From an uncultured Thermoleophilia bacterium (GTDB lineage Bacteria; Actinomycetota; Thermoleophilia; Gaiellales; Gaiellaceae), in contig CAWCXK010000009.1 of the NCBI GenBank assembly GCA_963799575.1, forward strand, positions 93,890 through 157,889: a stretch of 64,000 nucleotides of DNA, given 5' to 3'. Below, in pieces: positions 9,397 to 20,761 of the stretch (the stretch's first letter is position 1; every line of letters starts with the position of its first letter). Made by a program: the position numbers and the translations under genes. The notes beneath the pieces were generated by a model that saw only the letters and a list, made by a program, of their open reading frames with translations, searched no databases and was not told the origin of the DNA.

Positions 9397-11742
9397 GTGG
9401 GCAAACCGACGCCGGATTGCGAACCCTTGACGTTGCCGGTGCAGGATGTGCTGCCGTTTCCCCCGACACCTTCGGCGAGCGTTGCTGGGCGGACAATGCA
9501 GGAGTCCACCTATGAGCGGCGTGTCGAACCTCGTCGGCTGCCTGAGGATGCGCCGAACATCCTGATCGTGTTGATTGATGATGCTGGCCCTGGGTTGCCG
9601 AGCACGTTCGGTGGTGAGGTGACGACGCGGAATCTGGATCGCGTGGTGGGTGAGGGGATCGCGTTCAACCGTTTTCACACGACGGCGATGTGCTCTCCGA
9701 CGCGGGCGTCGCTGCTGACCGGCCGCAATCATCATCGGGTCGGGTACGGGCAGATCGCTGAGTTGGCGAATGACTGGGACGGCTATTCGGGGCATATCCC
9801 GAAGAGCAGCGCGTTGGCGGCGGAGGTGTTGAAGGACTACGGGTATTGCACGGCGGCGTTCGGAAAGTGGCATAACACTCCGGCTGAGGAGACGACGGCC
9901 GCGGGGCCGTTCGAGAACTGGCCGTCCGAGTGTGGCTTCGAGTACTTCTACGGATTCCTGGCCGGGGAGGCGTCGCAGTGGGAGCCGAACCTGGTACGGA
10001 ACACGACGTCGGTGCTGCCGCCGAAGTCGCCGGCGGAGGGCTATCATCTGAGTGAGGATCTCGCCGACGACGCGATCGGCTGGCTACGCAACCACAAGGC
10101 GTTCCGGCCCGACAAGCCCTTTTATATGTACTGGGCGAGCGGCTGTTTGCACGGCCCGCATCACGTCCTGAACGAGTGGTCGGATAGGTACGCCGGGAAG
10201 TTCGACGATGGTTGGGATGCCTATCGGGAACGCGTGTATGAGCGGGCGAAGGAGAAGGGCTGGATTCCTGAGAACGCGCAGTTGACGCCACGCGACGCCG
10301 CGATGGCGGCCTGGGAAAGCATCCCCGAGGACGAAAAGCCGTTCCAGCGGCGTCTGATGGAAGTGGCCGCCGGCTATGCCGAGCATGTGGACGTTCAGGT
10401 CGGCCGTCTCCTCGACGAGGTCGAGTCGCTCGGCTACGGCGACAACACGCTTGTCTTTTACATCTGGGGCGATAACGGCTCTTCCGGGGAGGGTCAGAAC
10501 GGCACGATCAGCGAACTGCTGGCCCAGAACGGCATTCCCTCGACGGTGCGTCAGCACATTGACGCACTCGAGGAACTCGGCGGACTCGAAGCGCTTGGCT
10601 CGCCGAAGACCGACAACCAGTACCACGCCGGCTGGGCCTGGGCCGGCAGCACGCCCTATAAGGGAATGAAGCTGCTCGCCTCGCACCTCGGCGGCACCCG
10701 GAACCCGATGGCTGTCCGCTGGCCCGCCAAGATCAAGCCCGACGCGATACATCGGTCGCAGTTCCATCACTGCAACGATCTCGTCCCGACGATCTACGAG
10801 GTCGTCGGGATAACCCCGCCGCGTGTCGTCAATGGCATCCAGCAAGACCCCCTTGACGGCGTCAGCTTCGCCTACACCTTCGACGACGCCGAGGCCGTCG
10901 GCAGACTTCGAACGCAGTATTTCGAGATCATGGGCAGCCGTTCGATCTACCACGACGGCTGGATGGCCTCAGCGTTCGGGCCCCGGACACCGTGGTTGCA
11001 GGGCCTCCCGCCCGGCATCCAGGAGTGGACACCCGACGACGACACCTGGGAGCTCTACAACCTCGACGAGGACTGGACGCAGGCGAACGACCTGGCCGCG
11101 GAGATGCCCGACAAGCTCGCGCAACTCCAGGACGCCTTCCTCGTCGAAGCGACCAAGAACAAGGCGCTTCCGATCGGCGGCGGACTCTGGGTGATCGCCA
11201 TTCACCCGGAACAGCGGATCACGACGCCATACAACGAGTGGACGTTCGCCGGCAACACAGTCCGGATGCCAGAGTTCTGCGCCCCGGCGCTCGGCAACAA
11301 GCCGAACCTGGTCACCATCGAGGCCGCGATCCCGGCCGACGCGAACGGTGTTCTTTACAAGCTCGGAGCCAACTCGGGCGGCCTCACCCTCTTCGTCGAA
11401 GACGGAATCCTCTGCTACGAGTACAACCTCTTCATTATCCAACGCACCAAGATCCGCGCCAAGGACAAGCTTCCGACAGGCAAGAGCACCATCGAGGTGG
11501 AGACCACCTACGTTGAGCCTCGACCTGGTGGCCCGTTGAAGATCACTCTGAGGGTGAACGGTGAGACGGTGGCGGAGGGAACCGTTCCGATTAGTGCGCC
11601 GCTTCTTTTCACCGCCAACGACTGCCTCGACATCGGCATCGCCCACGGCTCACCCGTCTCACTCGACTACCACGACAAGGCACCCTTCCCGTTCACCGGA
11701 ACGATTGAGCGAGTACGTGTCCAGTACTTGAACACCCACTGA
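9397..11742 (+). CDS. Arylsulfatase (Cys-type formylglycine-dependent sulfatase)
   Basis: PNILIVLIDD, CSPTRASLLTG (CxPxR), FGKWH, GDNG motifs; 781 aa. Confidence 0.93.
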   Translation: MGKPTPDCEPLTLPVQDVLPFPPTPSASVAGRTMQESTYERRVEPRRLPEDAPNILIVLIDDAGPGLPSTFGGEVTTRNLDRVVGEGIAFNRFHTTAMCSPTRASLLTGRNHHRVGYGQIAELANDWDGYSGHIPKSSALAAEVLKDYGYCTAAFGKWHNTPAEETTAAGPFENWPSECGFEYFYGFLAGEASQWEPNLVRNTTSVLPPKSPAEGYHLSEDLADDAIGWLRNHKAFRPDKPFYMYWASGCLHGPHHVLNEWSDRYAGKFDDGWDAYRERVYERAKEKGWIPENAQLTPRDAAMAAWESIPEDEKPFQRRLMEVAAGYAEHVDVQVGRLLDEVESLGYGDNTLVFYIWGDNGSSGEGQNGTISELLAQNGIPSTVRQHIDALEELGGLEALGSPKTDNQYHAGWAWAGSTPYKGMKLLASHLGGTRNPMAVRWPAKIKPDAIHRSQFHHCNDLVPTIYEVVGITPPRVVNGIQQDPLDGVSFAYTFDDAEAVGRLRTQYFEIMGSRSIYHDGWMASAFGPRTPWLQGLPPGIQEWTPDDDTWELYNLDEDWTQANDLAAEMPDKLAQLQDAFLVEATKNKALPIGGGLWVIAIHPEQRITTPYNEWTFAGNTVRMPEFCAPALGNKPNLVTIEAAIPADANGVLYKLGANSGGLTLFVEDGILCYEYNLFIIQRTKIRAKDKLPTGKSTIEVETTYVEPRPGGPLKITLRVNGETVAEGTVPISAPLLFTANDCLDIGIAHGSPVSLDYHDKAPFPFTGTIERVRVQYLNTH

Positions 11743-11881
11743 ATCGTCCCGGTCGAGCGGAACGATTCTGGAACGGTGCGGTGGGCAATGACGGGGAATC
11801 ACTGAGGTTCTGAACGGGCGCGAAAGCAGCAGGCGGGCACCGGACGGAAGAGATGGGGAGCTATGGGGAGTCCCGCGCTCG

Positions 11882-11924
11882 CATGGTAAGGAGGGGGTCA
11901 ACGGTTCGAGCCCGTTAGAGGGCT
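11882..11924 (+). mobile_element. tRNA-Thr(GGT) 3' fragment (att-site core)
   Basis: CATGGTAA anticodon loop, GTCAACGG-TTCGAGC-CCGTT T-arm, AGAGGGCT acceptor 3' strand; no D-arm or 5' half upstream. Confidence 0.75.
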
Positions 11925-11925
11925 T

Positions 11926-11960
11926 ACAAGAAAGACCCGCTCAGGCGGGTTTCTTGTTGT
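11926..11960. terminator. Hairpin, possibly a bidirectional intrinsic terminator
   Basis: ACAAGAAA-G-ACCCGC-TCAG-GCGGGT-TTCTTGT inverted repeat with A/T-rich flanks. Confidence 0.55.
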
Positions 11961-12019
11961 CAGCGAAGTGTTCTCAACTGAAATCTCTGTTGGTGCGTAC
12001 ATTGCGTACACGGGTTCCA

Positions 12020-12230
12020 GTCGGAACACTTCCTCGCAGCACCTTCCGGATCTCAGCTTCGGCCTTGATGGGTTTCTCCTCACGCCACTCATCAATGACG
12101 TGCCATACGTTCCGAGGAGGGTCTGGAGGTTATGCCCCAGTTGCGCCGCCACTTCGGCAGCGTTGATCTGCTCGTGCAGGAGGAGCGAAGCGAACGAGTG
12201 CCGAAGGTCGTACGGGAGGGCCCGTGCGCG
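12020..12230 (-). pseudogene. Tyrosine recombinase/integrase C-terminal remnant
   Basis: YDLRHSFASLL...VAAQLGH...TY catalytic boxes; frameshift after TY; N-terminal part absent. Confidence 0.85.
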
Positions 12231-12378
12231 CACGGGTTGTCGTAAGAACATGTGTTCGTATAAACGAACACCGATCTCGCTCTGCAGGACAGGAAGCTCG
12301 AGAGGGCGTTTCCGCGATCAAGCACAGTGAAAGGCCGCCACAGGCGGCACTTCACGTTCCCGGGTCAGAACTCGCTCG

Positions 12379-12770
12379 CTAGTGGAATGCGATGCGCGTT
12401 CCCGCACGACGGGACGCAAGGAGCACGATCCCACCGACGAGGAGGAGGGCCAGGCCGGCTCCTCCGAATGCTCCGACACCGGCGTCGCCCCAGTCGAATC
12501 CGCTCGAGCGCGATGGAACGAAGACAGCGTTCGCTTCGGCAGCGGCCGGCGCCGAGATCGCACCAACGCCCTGGAGTCACCTCGATCATCACGTCGGGTC
12601 GGGGACGACGAGATCGTGCTCACAGCCTTCTCAGCGGCAATCGCCCCTGCTCCGTGAACAGCTCGATCGTCAGGCCTCGGCGACCCCTGCGCCGCAGCAA
12701 CGGCCGGGAGCAGGGCTACGAGCGCGGTGACGGCGGCCAACGCGGTGAACATGATGCGTATGCGCTTCAT
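12379..12770 (-). CDS. Small exported, membrane-anchored protein, split by a frameshift
   Basis: Signal peptide MKRIRIMFTALAAV; C-terminal FDWGDAGVG plus TM in another frame; span 392 bp is one base short of a whole codon count. Confidence 0.55.
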
Positions 12771-12854
12771 CTCGACTCCTTTTCCTCCCGACCACTCGCT
12801 TGTCGTTCTGAGGGAGCGGATTGCACTGTGGCTGGGCGAACGCAACGGCGTCGG

Positions 12855-13230
12855 AGGGTAGGGGTCGTTCGCCCACTCCTTGTACTGCGTGACGTGTGCG
12901 AGCTTGTCAACGACGGCCGTGAGCACGACATCGTCGAGATTCTCGAGAAGCCTGAGCGCGGCGTCGACGGCCGTCGTTACACCCAGGTCGCGCAGCACAT
13001 CGAATGGCGGCCGCTGGTTGCCGAGCTCCTTGCGGCGAAGGCAGACGGGATCGTCAGGATGGGAGCCGAAGTATCGTTCCTTTCGTTGCTCTAGCGCGGG
13101 CAGCAACGTGTCGCGAGCGTAGTCCAGCTCGACGATTACGCCCGTGAGGCTCAGATAGCGATCGTTGGCGTTCGAGAGAGATGCTTTAGGTCGGAGTCGC
13201 CACCCCATCTACGTCCATGCGGTACTTCAT
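12855..13230 (-). pseudogene. DUF3800-family protein remnant
   Basis: MKYRMDVDGV...SDLK...RYLSLTG...LRRKEL resembles the DUF3800 N-terminal YxDE motif; frameshifted and truncated. Confidence 0.55.
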
Positions 13231-13442
13231 GGCTCCGCGACTCTAGACAGCCCCGCGGCCACCGTGTGCGGCTGGGGACCAACGGCATCGTCGACGGCAC
13301 CCTCATCCCGACGGACGACACAGGCAGCCAGGACTTGGGCAAGAGTACGGCTACCCGTAGATCTGGACTCGCTCCCCGCGCGTTGACCTAGATACAGACG
13401 ACCGCATGAAACCCAACAGCGGCCCGCGGCAGGGAGAACGAG

Positions 13443-13661
13443 ATGACCGAGAACTACCACTTCCAGATCATGCTTCACCAGATCGAACAGGAGCAACGGC
13501 AGAGCCCGGCTGAAGCGCGAAGACGCGCAGATCTCAGCCAAGAACGACGGGAGCGGGGAGTGCCGCGCACGAGTAGCCTGCGAAACCTGATCAGCCGCAC
13601 GACGGGTCGCCCGCGCCCGGGGTCGCTGCCACCGTGCCCGGACGCCAGCGCTCCCTGCTGA
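13443..13661 (+). CDS. Small hypothetical protein
   Basis: ATG preceded by GGGAGA; 72 aa. Confidence 0.4.
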   Translation: MTENYHFQIMLHQIEQEQRQSPAEARRRADLSQERRERGVPRTSSLRNLISRTTGRPRPGSLPPCPDASAPC

Positions 13662-13804
13662 CGCGGGCTTGGCCGCCGCCGTCATCCCACCCCGCCAGCG
13701 GCTCAATGGCGGAGGGACTCCTCATCGCGAAGCCGGAACGGCACTACGGCCTGGTCTGGGTAACGTCGAGCCCGCGTGCGCACCCGCGTGTTTTGCCCGT
13801 GTGG

Positions 13805-14830
13805 TCAACGCCAGCCGAGCGCGGGGGCGACGTGCGTCAGGATGCTGTCGATGACGTGCGCGTTGTACTCGACGCCGAGCTGGTTCGGTACCGTAAGTAG
13901 GAGCGTGTCCGCGGCTGCGATCGCTTCGTCCTGGGCAAGCTGCGCGACGAGCACGTCGGGCTCTGCCGCGTAGGTGCGGCCGAAGACGGCCCGCGTGTTC
14001 GCTTCGATGAAACCGACCTGATCGCCGCTGTTGTCGCCACGGCCGAAGTACGTACGATCGAGGTCGCTCACGAGGGCAAAGATGCTCCGGCTGACCGACA
14101 CGCGTGGCTCGCGCTCGTGCCCGGCCTCTCGCCAAGCGTCGCGGAACGCTTCGATGTGCCGCGCCTGGATGACGTGGAAGGGGTCGCCGCTTGCATCGTC
14201 GAAGACGAGTGTCGAGCTCATCAGATTCATGCCCACCACCGCCGCCCACCTCGCGGTTTCCGCCGACGCGGCGCCCCACCAGATCCGCTCGCGCAGTCCG
14301 GGCGAATAGGGCTCGAGGCGGAGCAGGCCCGGCGGGTTGGGGAACATCGGCCGCGGATTCGGCTCCGCAAAGCCCTCCCCGTCAAGGAGACCGAGGAACA
14401 CCTCGGTATGGCGTCGTGCCATGTCGGCGTCCGTCTCGCCCTCGGCCGGCTGGTAGCCGAAATGACGCCAACCGTCGATGACCTGCTCAGGCGATCCACG
14501 ACTGATCCCGAGCTGCAGCCGGCCGCCGGCGAGAAGGTCCGCGGCTCCCGCGTCCTCAGCCATGTACATCGGGTTCTCGTACCGCATGTCGATCACAGCG
14601 GTACCGATCTCGATCCTCGAGGTCCGGGCGCCGACAGCGGCCAGCAGCGGGAACGGAGAACCCAACTGACTCGCGAAATGGTGGACACGGAAGTACGCAC
14701 CATCCGCGCCGACCTCTTCCGCAGCAACCGCCAGCTCAAGCGACTGGATCAACGCATCCGACGCCGACCGCACCTGCGACGACGCAGACTCCGACCAGTG
14801 CCCGAACGACAGAAAACCGATCCTCTTCAC
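13805..14830 (-). CDS. LLM-class (luciferase-like) flavin-dependent oxidoreductase
   Basis: GFLSFGHW, YFRVHHFA, IEIGTAVIDMRYENP, RLQLGISRG. Confidence 0.9.
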   Translation of the reverse strand: MKRIGFLSFGHWSESASSQVRSASDALIQSLELAVAAEEVGADGAYFRVHHFASQLGSPFPLLAAVGARTSRIEIGTAVIDMRYENPMYMAEDAGAADLLAGGRLQLGISRGSPEQVIDGWRHFGYQPAEGETDADMARRHTEVFLGLLDGEGFAEPNPRPMFPNPPGLLRLEPYSPGLRERIWWGAASAETARWAAVVGMNLMSSTLVFDDASGDPFHVIQARHIEAFRDAWREAGHEREPRVSVSRSIFALVSDLDRTYFGRGDNSGDQVGFIEANTRAVFGRTYAAEPDVLVAQLAQDEAIAAADTLLLTVPNQLGVEYNAHVIDSILTHVAPALGWR

Positions 14831-15348
14831 ACCATCAACCCGCCCGCCGCGACATCATCCGCCGACGCTACACGCAAAATCGTCGACCGAATGCGCCGAC
14901 CAAGCAGCGCGACCTGACTTCGACCTGACCAGGCGCCGCTAGCCTGTTTATACAGGCCGCTTTGAGGTCGACCTCCGACTCGGCGAGCCGGAGCCTTGTC
15001 CTTGAAACGAAGCCGTCCCGACTCATAGGTCACCATTAGGAGTGGTGCGTCGCGACACCTTTCTCAGCACGCCCACCATCTGCCAACCTGCCAGGCCACC
15101 CGCGAAGACGACGCTCAAGCTGCTGATCTAGAGCTCGAGGCCCTGGAGACCAAGATCGTGGTGCGCTTCTGGATCGTCGGCGCATCTTCTGCACCACCGA
15201 GTTCGTGCTGTTCTACCGCTACTACCTCCGCTTCAAGCTCTAGGTGACTGAAGCATCGCCGTCGCGGAACACTGTCATGGGCCAGTGAGTTCGGAATGTT
15301 GGATGAGCGATGGGGCACTCCCGCTTGATCGAAATCGGACCTTGCGAA

Positions 15349-15786
15349 CTACGTAGCCCTCGTCCAAACGCCGGTGAATAAGCCGACCTCCGCGGCGCAG
15401 GTGTCCTTGACCTTCGTGAGTGTCAGTTTCCGGTTGGCGACCTTCCACCGGTAGAGACCCTTCTTTGGGTAGCAGACAGGGACGCCACTCATCGTCAGGC
15501 GCCCGCCTGCAAGCGGCGACAACGTCGCGGTGAAGTCGATGATCCTGACCTTTCCGTTCGGCTTCACCGTCATCGTGTACGGCCCCACGAAGCTCGTAAC
15601 GAAACCTGTCGCGCCCGCCCGCTTCCAATCCGCCGCGGTCACGGTGCGTGCCCATCGCCCTACGAGGCTGGCCGGGACGGCATTCGTTTCCTTATCCGAC
15701 GCGCTTGCGACAGGAACGACGACAGCGGCACCGGCAAGAACGACCGCCCAGCACCGCCAAGCTGCTGTACGCCAACGCGTGCCCAT
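15349..15786 (-). CDS. Hypothetical secreted protein
   Basis: Signal peptide ending in ASA, two Cys in the mature part, AAGGAG RBS. Confidence 0.6.
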   Translation of the reverse strand: MGTRWRTAAWRCWAVVLAGAAVVVPVASASDKETNAVPASLVGRWARTVTAADWKRAGATGFVTSFVGPYTMTVKPNGKVRIIDFTATLSPLAGGRLTMSGVPVCYPKKGLYRWKVANRKLTLTKVKDTCAAEVGLFTGVWTRAT

Positions 15787-15909
15787 GGCGAATGCTCCTT
15801 TCGGTACCGACTGGAGAAACGAGCTTAAACCTGCTCCGCGCGTCGTACAACGAGCTGTCCAATTTCACCTCAAGCGCCAGGCACTCCAGCGGCGTCAATG
15901 TTGCGGATG

Positions 15910-16648
15910 ACACCGCTCGACCGTGATGCCCTGGTCGGTGTACCTGCCGCAGGCGCGGCGGAAGAACGCGACGCAGTCGGCGGGGCTCTCGCTGGGAAGC
16001 AGCTCGGCGTAGGCAAGGCGTGAGTGGTCGTCGATCGCGAGGTGGAGGTACTGCCAGCCGGCGCGGCGGCTCCGGGTCAGGCCGTCCCCGTGGATCCGCT
16101 TGCCGACGGTCCAGAAGCGGCCCAGCTTCTTGATATCGACGTGCACCGGCTCGCCGGGCCGTTTGCGCTCATAGCGGCGCACAGGCTCGCGCGCAGGCTG
16201 CCGCAGCCGCGAGGCGCCGTGACGGCGCAGCACCTTCCACACCGTTAAGGCGGGTAAGCCCAACAGGCCGGCGACGATCACGGGGCCGGCCTGCGCGTAC
16301 TCGCGGGCCGCCAGGATCCGCAGCTCGAGTTCGGGCGGCGACCGTCGCGGCTGACGCTTTGGCACCGGCGGCCATCCGCCAACGCCGCCCAACCGCCCTC
16401 CCGGTAACGGCGCCACAGCCGATAGGTCGCCCGGCTCGCGCCACAAGCAGCAGCAGCCTCCGACGGCGTCTCACCCGCAACAACCCGCACGACCAAACGG
16501 CAGCGCGACTCAAACGAAAAGCGCATCCGCCTCGGCGGGCAAACTCGATCATGCATCTGGGCCTCCTGCGCGAGCTGGGTCTTGGTCGACCACAAGGCTC
16601 GCCGGAGGCCCGGACGCAATCAACCGTCTCGCAGGTGTGTAGGCAACA
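15910..16648 (-). mobile_element. IS481-family element, truncated and frameshifted
   Basis: RYERKRPGEPVHVDIKKLGRF and YLHLAIDDHSRLAYAE; N-terminal HTH in other frames; TGTTG terminus at 16648 on the minus strand. Confidence 0.85.
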
Positions 16649-16770
16649 GACCTGGTCGGCTCTAGCGTTCCAGGTCCGGTGTGGGACATCCCACCCCTGC
16701 GCAGCGGCAGCGGCGTTGCTATTTGGGTGCTGCGTGGCTTGGCGGTGCTGCTTGGGGGTACAAGGGGTGC

Positions 16771-18778
16771 ATGCTGTTTCGGTCGCGGCGCGTCGGCTGG
16801 TTACCGGTTGCGGTGATTGTCGTGGTGTCGACGCTTGCGCGTTTTTGGTCGGCTCGTGGTGTCGAGGCGCCGTGGATCTTCCCCGACGAGATGACGTATG
16901 CGCTTCTCGGCCGATCGTTTTGGGATTCGGGCTCGCTTTCGCTGTTGGGCGGCGTCACCGGCGGCTATTCCCTCGTGTACCCGGCCCTGGTGGGTGTGCC
17001 TCTGTCGCTGCTGGGGCCCTCGTCGGGGCTGGCCGTGGCACAGTTCGGGCAGGCGTTGGCGATGTCGTCGGTCGCGTTGTTCGTGTTCGCCTGGGGGCGG
17101 CGAGTAGTCGCCGAGACATGGGCGCTCGTCGCGGCGGCGCTTGTCTGTCTGCGTTCCCGGGCTCGCGTATTCCGGGTCGTTGATGACCGAGACGCTGTTC
17201 TATCCGGTTGTCACGCTCGCGCTCTGGGCGCTGTGGCGTCTGCTCGTCCAACCGTCGATCGCGCGCCAAGCGGTCTTCGCGGGGTCACGGTTGTTGCGGT
17301 GCTCACCAGGGTGCAGGCGCTGGCGCTGCTGCCTGCGGCTCTACTCGCCCTCGCCATCTACTGCGTGTTCGAGCGTGACGTCATAATCCTTCGTCGGTCG
17401 GCTCCCCTGCTGGGGTTGGTCGTCGCGGCGGGGCTTGCCGCTCTGGGCCTAGCGGTCGCGCTGGGATAGACGTATTTGGTGCCTACTCGGCCGCCACCGG
17501 CGGCTACGAGTTCGGAGCCGCGGCAAGGGACGTCTTCTGGCATACCGGAGGCCTGTTCGTGATCGTTGTCGGCGTCCCACTGATCGCACTCGGGGTCCTC
17601 GTCGTCGAGATGCGTTCGGGGCCGCGAGTCGGACACTGCTGCAGCGCTTGTCGCGACGGCGTTTGCCTGGACTCTGATCTCTGTGCTCGAGGTCGGGACG
17701 TTCGCGTCGAGATGGGTCGACCACATCGCCGAGCGCGATCTGCTGACCGTCGCGCCACCATTGTTTCTCGTCTTCGTGCTCTGGCTTGCGCGAGGACTGC
17801 CTCGTCCGCAGCCCGTCACGTCGCTCGTCGCGTTGGCGGTGGCGGTCCCTGCAGTCCTCTTGCCTGTCTCACGAGTTTGCAAGCCCGCAGGCGGCGCTCG
17901 ACGCGTTCTCGTTCATCCCGCTCTGGCGGCTCGAGGAAGCGACGTCCTCGGATGCGCTACGGGTCGTGTTCGCACTCGTGGTGGGTCTTGTCGTGACGGT
18001 CGCCGTTGTTGTTCCCCGTCGCGCCTCGGTGATCCTCGTCGTTCTCGTCGCCTCTACGCTCATCCTGTTCTCGTTCGTCTCGGCGCGCGAGATCCAGCGG
18101 CTGGCACACGCTGACCGCACCTGGGTGTTCTCCACCGAGCAACCCCGCTGGATCGACCAAGTCGCCACTGGCCCCGTGACCTACATCCACTCCGACACCG
18201 CGTTCCCGAAGGCACTGTGGAAAACGCTCTACTGGAACGAGCGGATCGAACAGGTACTGCAGACCCACACGGCACCATCAGCAGCCCCGGTTCCCACGCA
18301 GCCGGTCGAATACTCCACCAGCGGGCTCGTACTCGGCACAAACGGAAGACGACTCAAGGGCGGCTACGTCGTAGCACCATCAAACATCGCGCTGGCAGGG
18401 AAGGAGCTCGCCTCCTACGGCCCCGCCACCGACATGCCGGGATTGATCCTCTGGCAAGCCGACTCACCACTCCGCATCGCGTGGGTAACCACAGGCATCC
18501 AGGCGAACGGCGACATCATCGGCACGGCGCGAATCACCGTGCCCCAGTGCAACCACGGCCACCTGAGCCTGACACTCATCGGCAAGTCCGGCACACCGGT
18601 CCGGATCTCCGTCGACGGACGCACCTCGCGCACCACCACCCCCGCCCCCGGCACAGTCTGGACAGGTGACATCCCCCCACCCGCAAACGCCGGCGGCACC
18701 GGCATCTGCGTCTACAGGATAGACAGCCAAGGACTAATCGGCACAACAACAATCGAATTCGTAGGCGACACCTCATGA
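16771..18778 (+). pseudogene. Multi-TM GT-C-fold glycosyltransferase-like membrane protein, several frameshifts
   Basis: PWIFPDEMTY, YSLVYP, LMTETLFYP and ERDLL motifs spread across frames; soluble C-terminal domain. Confidence 0.6.
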
Positions 18779-19369
18779 CTCCCGTCCGGCGAACACTCCC
18801 GAGCGCTGACACAAGCGAGGGCCGTTGTGGTCTCGTCGGTCGGCCGGGGTTGGTAGCTTCGTTCGCCGTGCGGGAGATGCGGTTCGACTATTTCCATCAT
18901 CTCGTTGCGGTGCAGGTGCGATTGAATAGGCGCGAACAGCGGTTCGTTTGGACTCGGACTTCTCGTTCTCGTCGAGGGGCGTTGGTCAACCGGAGCAGGA
19001 TTGACCGCGGTGGAGTGCGAGCGCCTCGTCCAACCTCTCTTTGACGAGATCAGCATCAAGCAGCTGCACGAGCCGGCCCGGGGCGGGCCGATCACGGACG
19101 AGCGCTACCTGCTCGTCGGCAGATGCTCTCGTTCCGCGTCCATTGACCCTGCCGCTTGCTCGCCGAGCAGCTTAAGACTCTATCGTTGTCGATGTCGTTC
19201 TTAAGAGTCGAGATCGTAGCCCTGATCAGCGAAGGCCTGATTGGCTTTGGAAGGGTCGAGTAGAGGCCTGATCGCCACAGCAACCCGTCTTTGAAGACAT
19301 AGAGCCGGTGCTGGTCGTGGTCGGCGAGTCCATTCACACACGCCACCACCAGGTCCTGACGCGAACCGT

Positions 19370-19450
19370 GCTCCGGACTTGATCTGGTCCTTCGTCCGGT
19401 TCACCCAGACCTTCTCTTCGGTCTCGTCGACCCTCTGCACGGCGCCGCCG
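19370..19450 (-). pseudogene. PRC-barrel protein C-terminal fragment
   Basis: AVQRVDETEEKVWVNRTKDQIK peptide. Confidence 0.45.
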
Positions 19451-19650
19451 GAAGCATGACCTTCTTGCCGAAGATCCACGGCCCGGTGTCGCGGGGTGGC
19501 GGCGACATACCGCAATCTGTCGCCGCCGCCTTCCGCGTCGGCCGACCAGAAGTCGGCCCACGACGCCAGCCGCCGACGCGTCAATCTGACACGTGGCTGC
19601 GCGCGACGGCACCCCGCGTCTACCGGTGCGCACCTGGGAACAATGGAGGA

Positions 19651-19845
19651 ATGGAAGACGAACGCTCAAAGGATGCGACAGCTATCAAGACCGATCGAGC
19701 GACGGCGGAGCGCGTGCGAGTCCACAAGAAGTTCGAAGAGACGATGGCCGAAAAAGGCCTTCTCGAGGACGATCACTCCTTGCGTCTGGAGCCCGAAGAT
19801 ATCGAGCACGAAGAACCGCCAGGCACCGAGCAGTCGGCCGGGTAG
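19651..19845 (+). CDS. Small acidic hypothetical protein
   Basis: GGAGGA immediately before ATG; 64 aa. Confidence 0.45.
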   Translation: MEDERSKDATAIKTDRATAERVRVHKKFEETMAEKGLLEDDHSLRLEPEDIEHEEPPGTEQSAG

Positions 19846-20122
19846 CCCGGCTTAGGGATCTCTCTTGCTCAAGCGTCGGAGTCGGTTCGGCTCCCGTACT
19901 CTTCTATTTCTTCTTTGCTGTTAGAGCCGTTCTAAGGCCCTGAAACGGGTCGATAAGGCCGGGTGAGGCTGGGAGTAGGGCCAACAGCTAACTGACACGC
20001 TGAGGCCATTGTTCATGCGGGATGGCGCGGCCGGAAATCGAGGTCTCGGACTTGCTGGCTAATCGCGCCCGCGCGACCGGGGCGAGAGGACGCTGGCGCA
20101 CGACGACGCCAGGTGTGTGTGA

Positions 20123-20761
20123 TCAGGCCATGGTCGGTTCGGTTTGTGCGGCCTGTCCGCGGAGCGTGAGGGTGACGCTTAGCGTTACGACCCAGATGAC
20201 GGTGAGTGCAACAGCGATCAGGCCGACGCCGAAGGGAACGTAGATTCCGACGCCGAGGACGAGGGCCGTCCAGCCGAGCCACCGGTAGATGCCGTCACGA
20301 TGTGTGAGCACCCCGGCCGCGCCGAGCAGCAGGATTCCGAGGCCGCCCGTGAAGATGACCTGGGCATCCTGATCCAGACCCGATAGTCCTTGCAGCGTCT
20401 CCGCCGAGTAACCGTGCTTAGCCCCTTCCGAAACGGCGAAATGGAGCGCGCTGGCCGCCAGAAACCCCGCCCCCGAGATCGCCGCCCCGCCAATAACCAC
20501 AATCGGGAACACCGGGATACCCGCACCCGATGGCCGCCAAAAACTCGTTCCGACCACGATCCCAAACAAGACGACGAAGGGTGCAGCCCACGCGAGCACA
20601 TACGATGCCGCGATCCCGTTCGAATAGTTGTCCGCATAGAACGCAGCCACCTTCTCCGCACTTGCGTCCGATCGCGGCGTATCTCCCGCGATCATGAACC
20701 CCACGATCGCGAGCACGAGGAACACAACACCGCTCAAAGGCAACAGCCGCTGAAAATTCAT
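20123..20761 (-). CDS. Multi-pass membrane protein (DUF4386-like)
   Basis: About 6 hydrophobic helices; GGAG RBS upstream of MNFQRLL. Confidence 0.65.
   Translation of the reverse strand: MNFQRLLPLSGVVFLVLAIVGFMIAGDTPRSDASAEKVAAFYADNYSNGIAASYVLAWAAPFVVLFGIVVGTSFWRPSGAGIPVFPIVVIGGAAISGAGFLAASALHFAVSEGAKHGYSAETLQGLSGLDQDAQVIFTGGLGILLLGAAGVLTHRDGIYRWLGWTALVLGVGIYVPFGVGLIAVALTVIWVVTLSVTLTLRGQAAQTEPTMA

Noticed and set aside
11860-11924. Complete tRNA-Thr gene
   Set aside because: Upstream sequence does not form a D-arm or pair with the acceptor 3' strand
18775-19350. Methyltransferase or other genes
   Set aside because: Only short peptide resemblance in broken frames; cannot be supported
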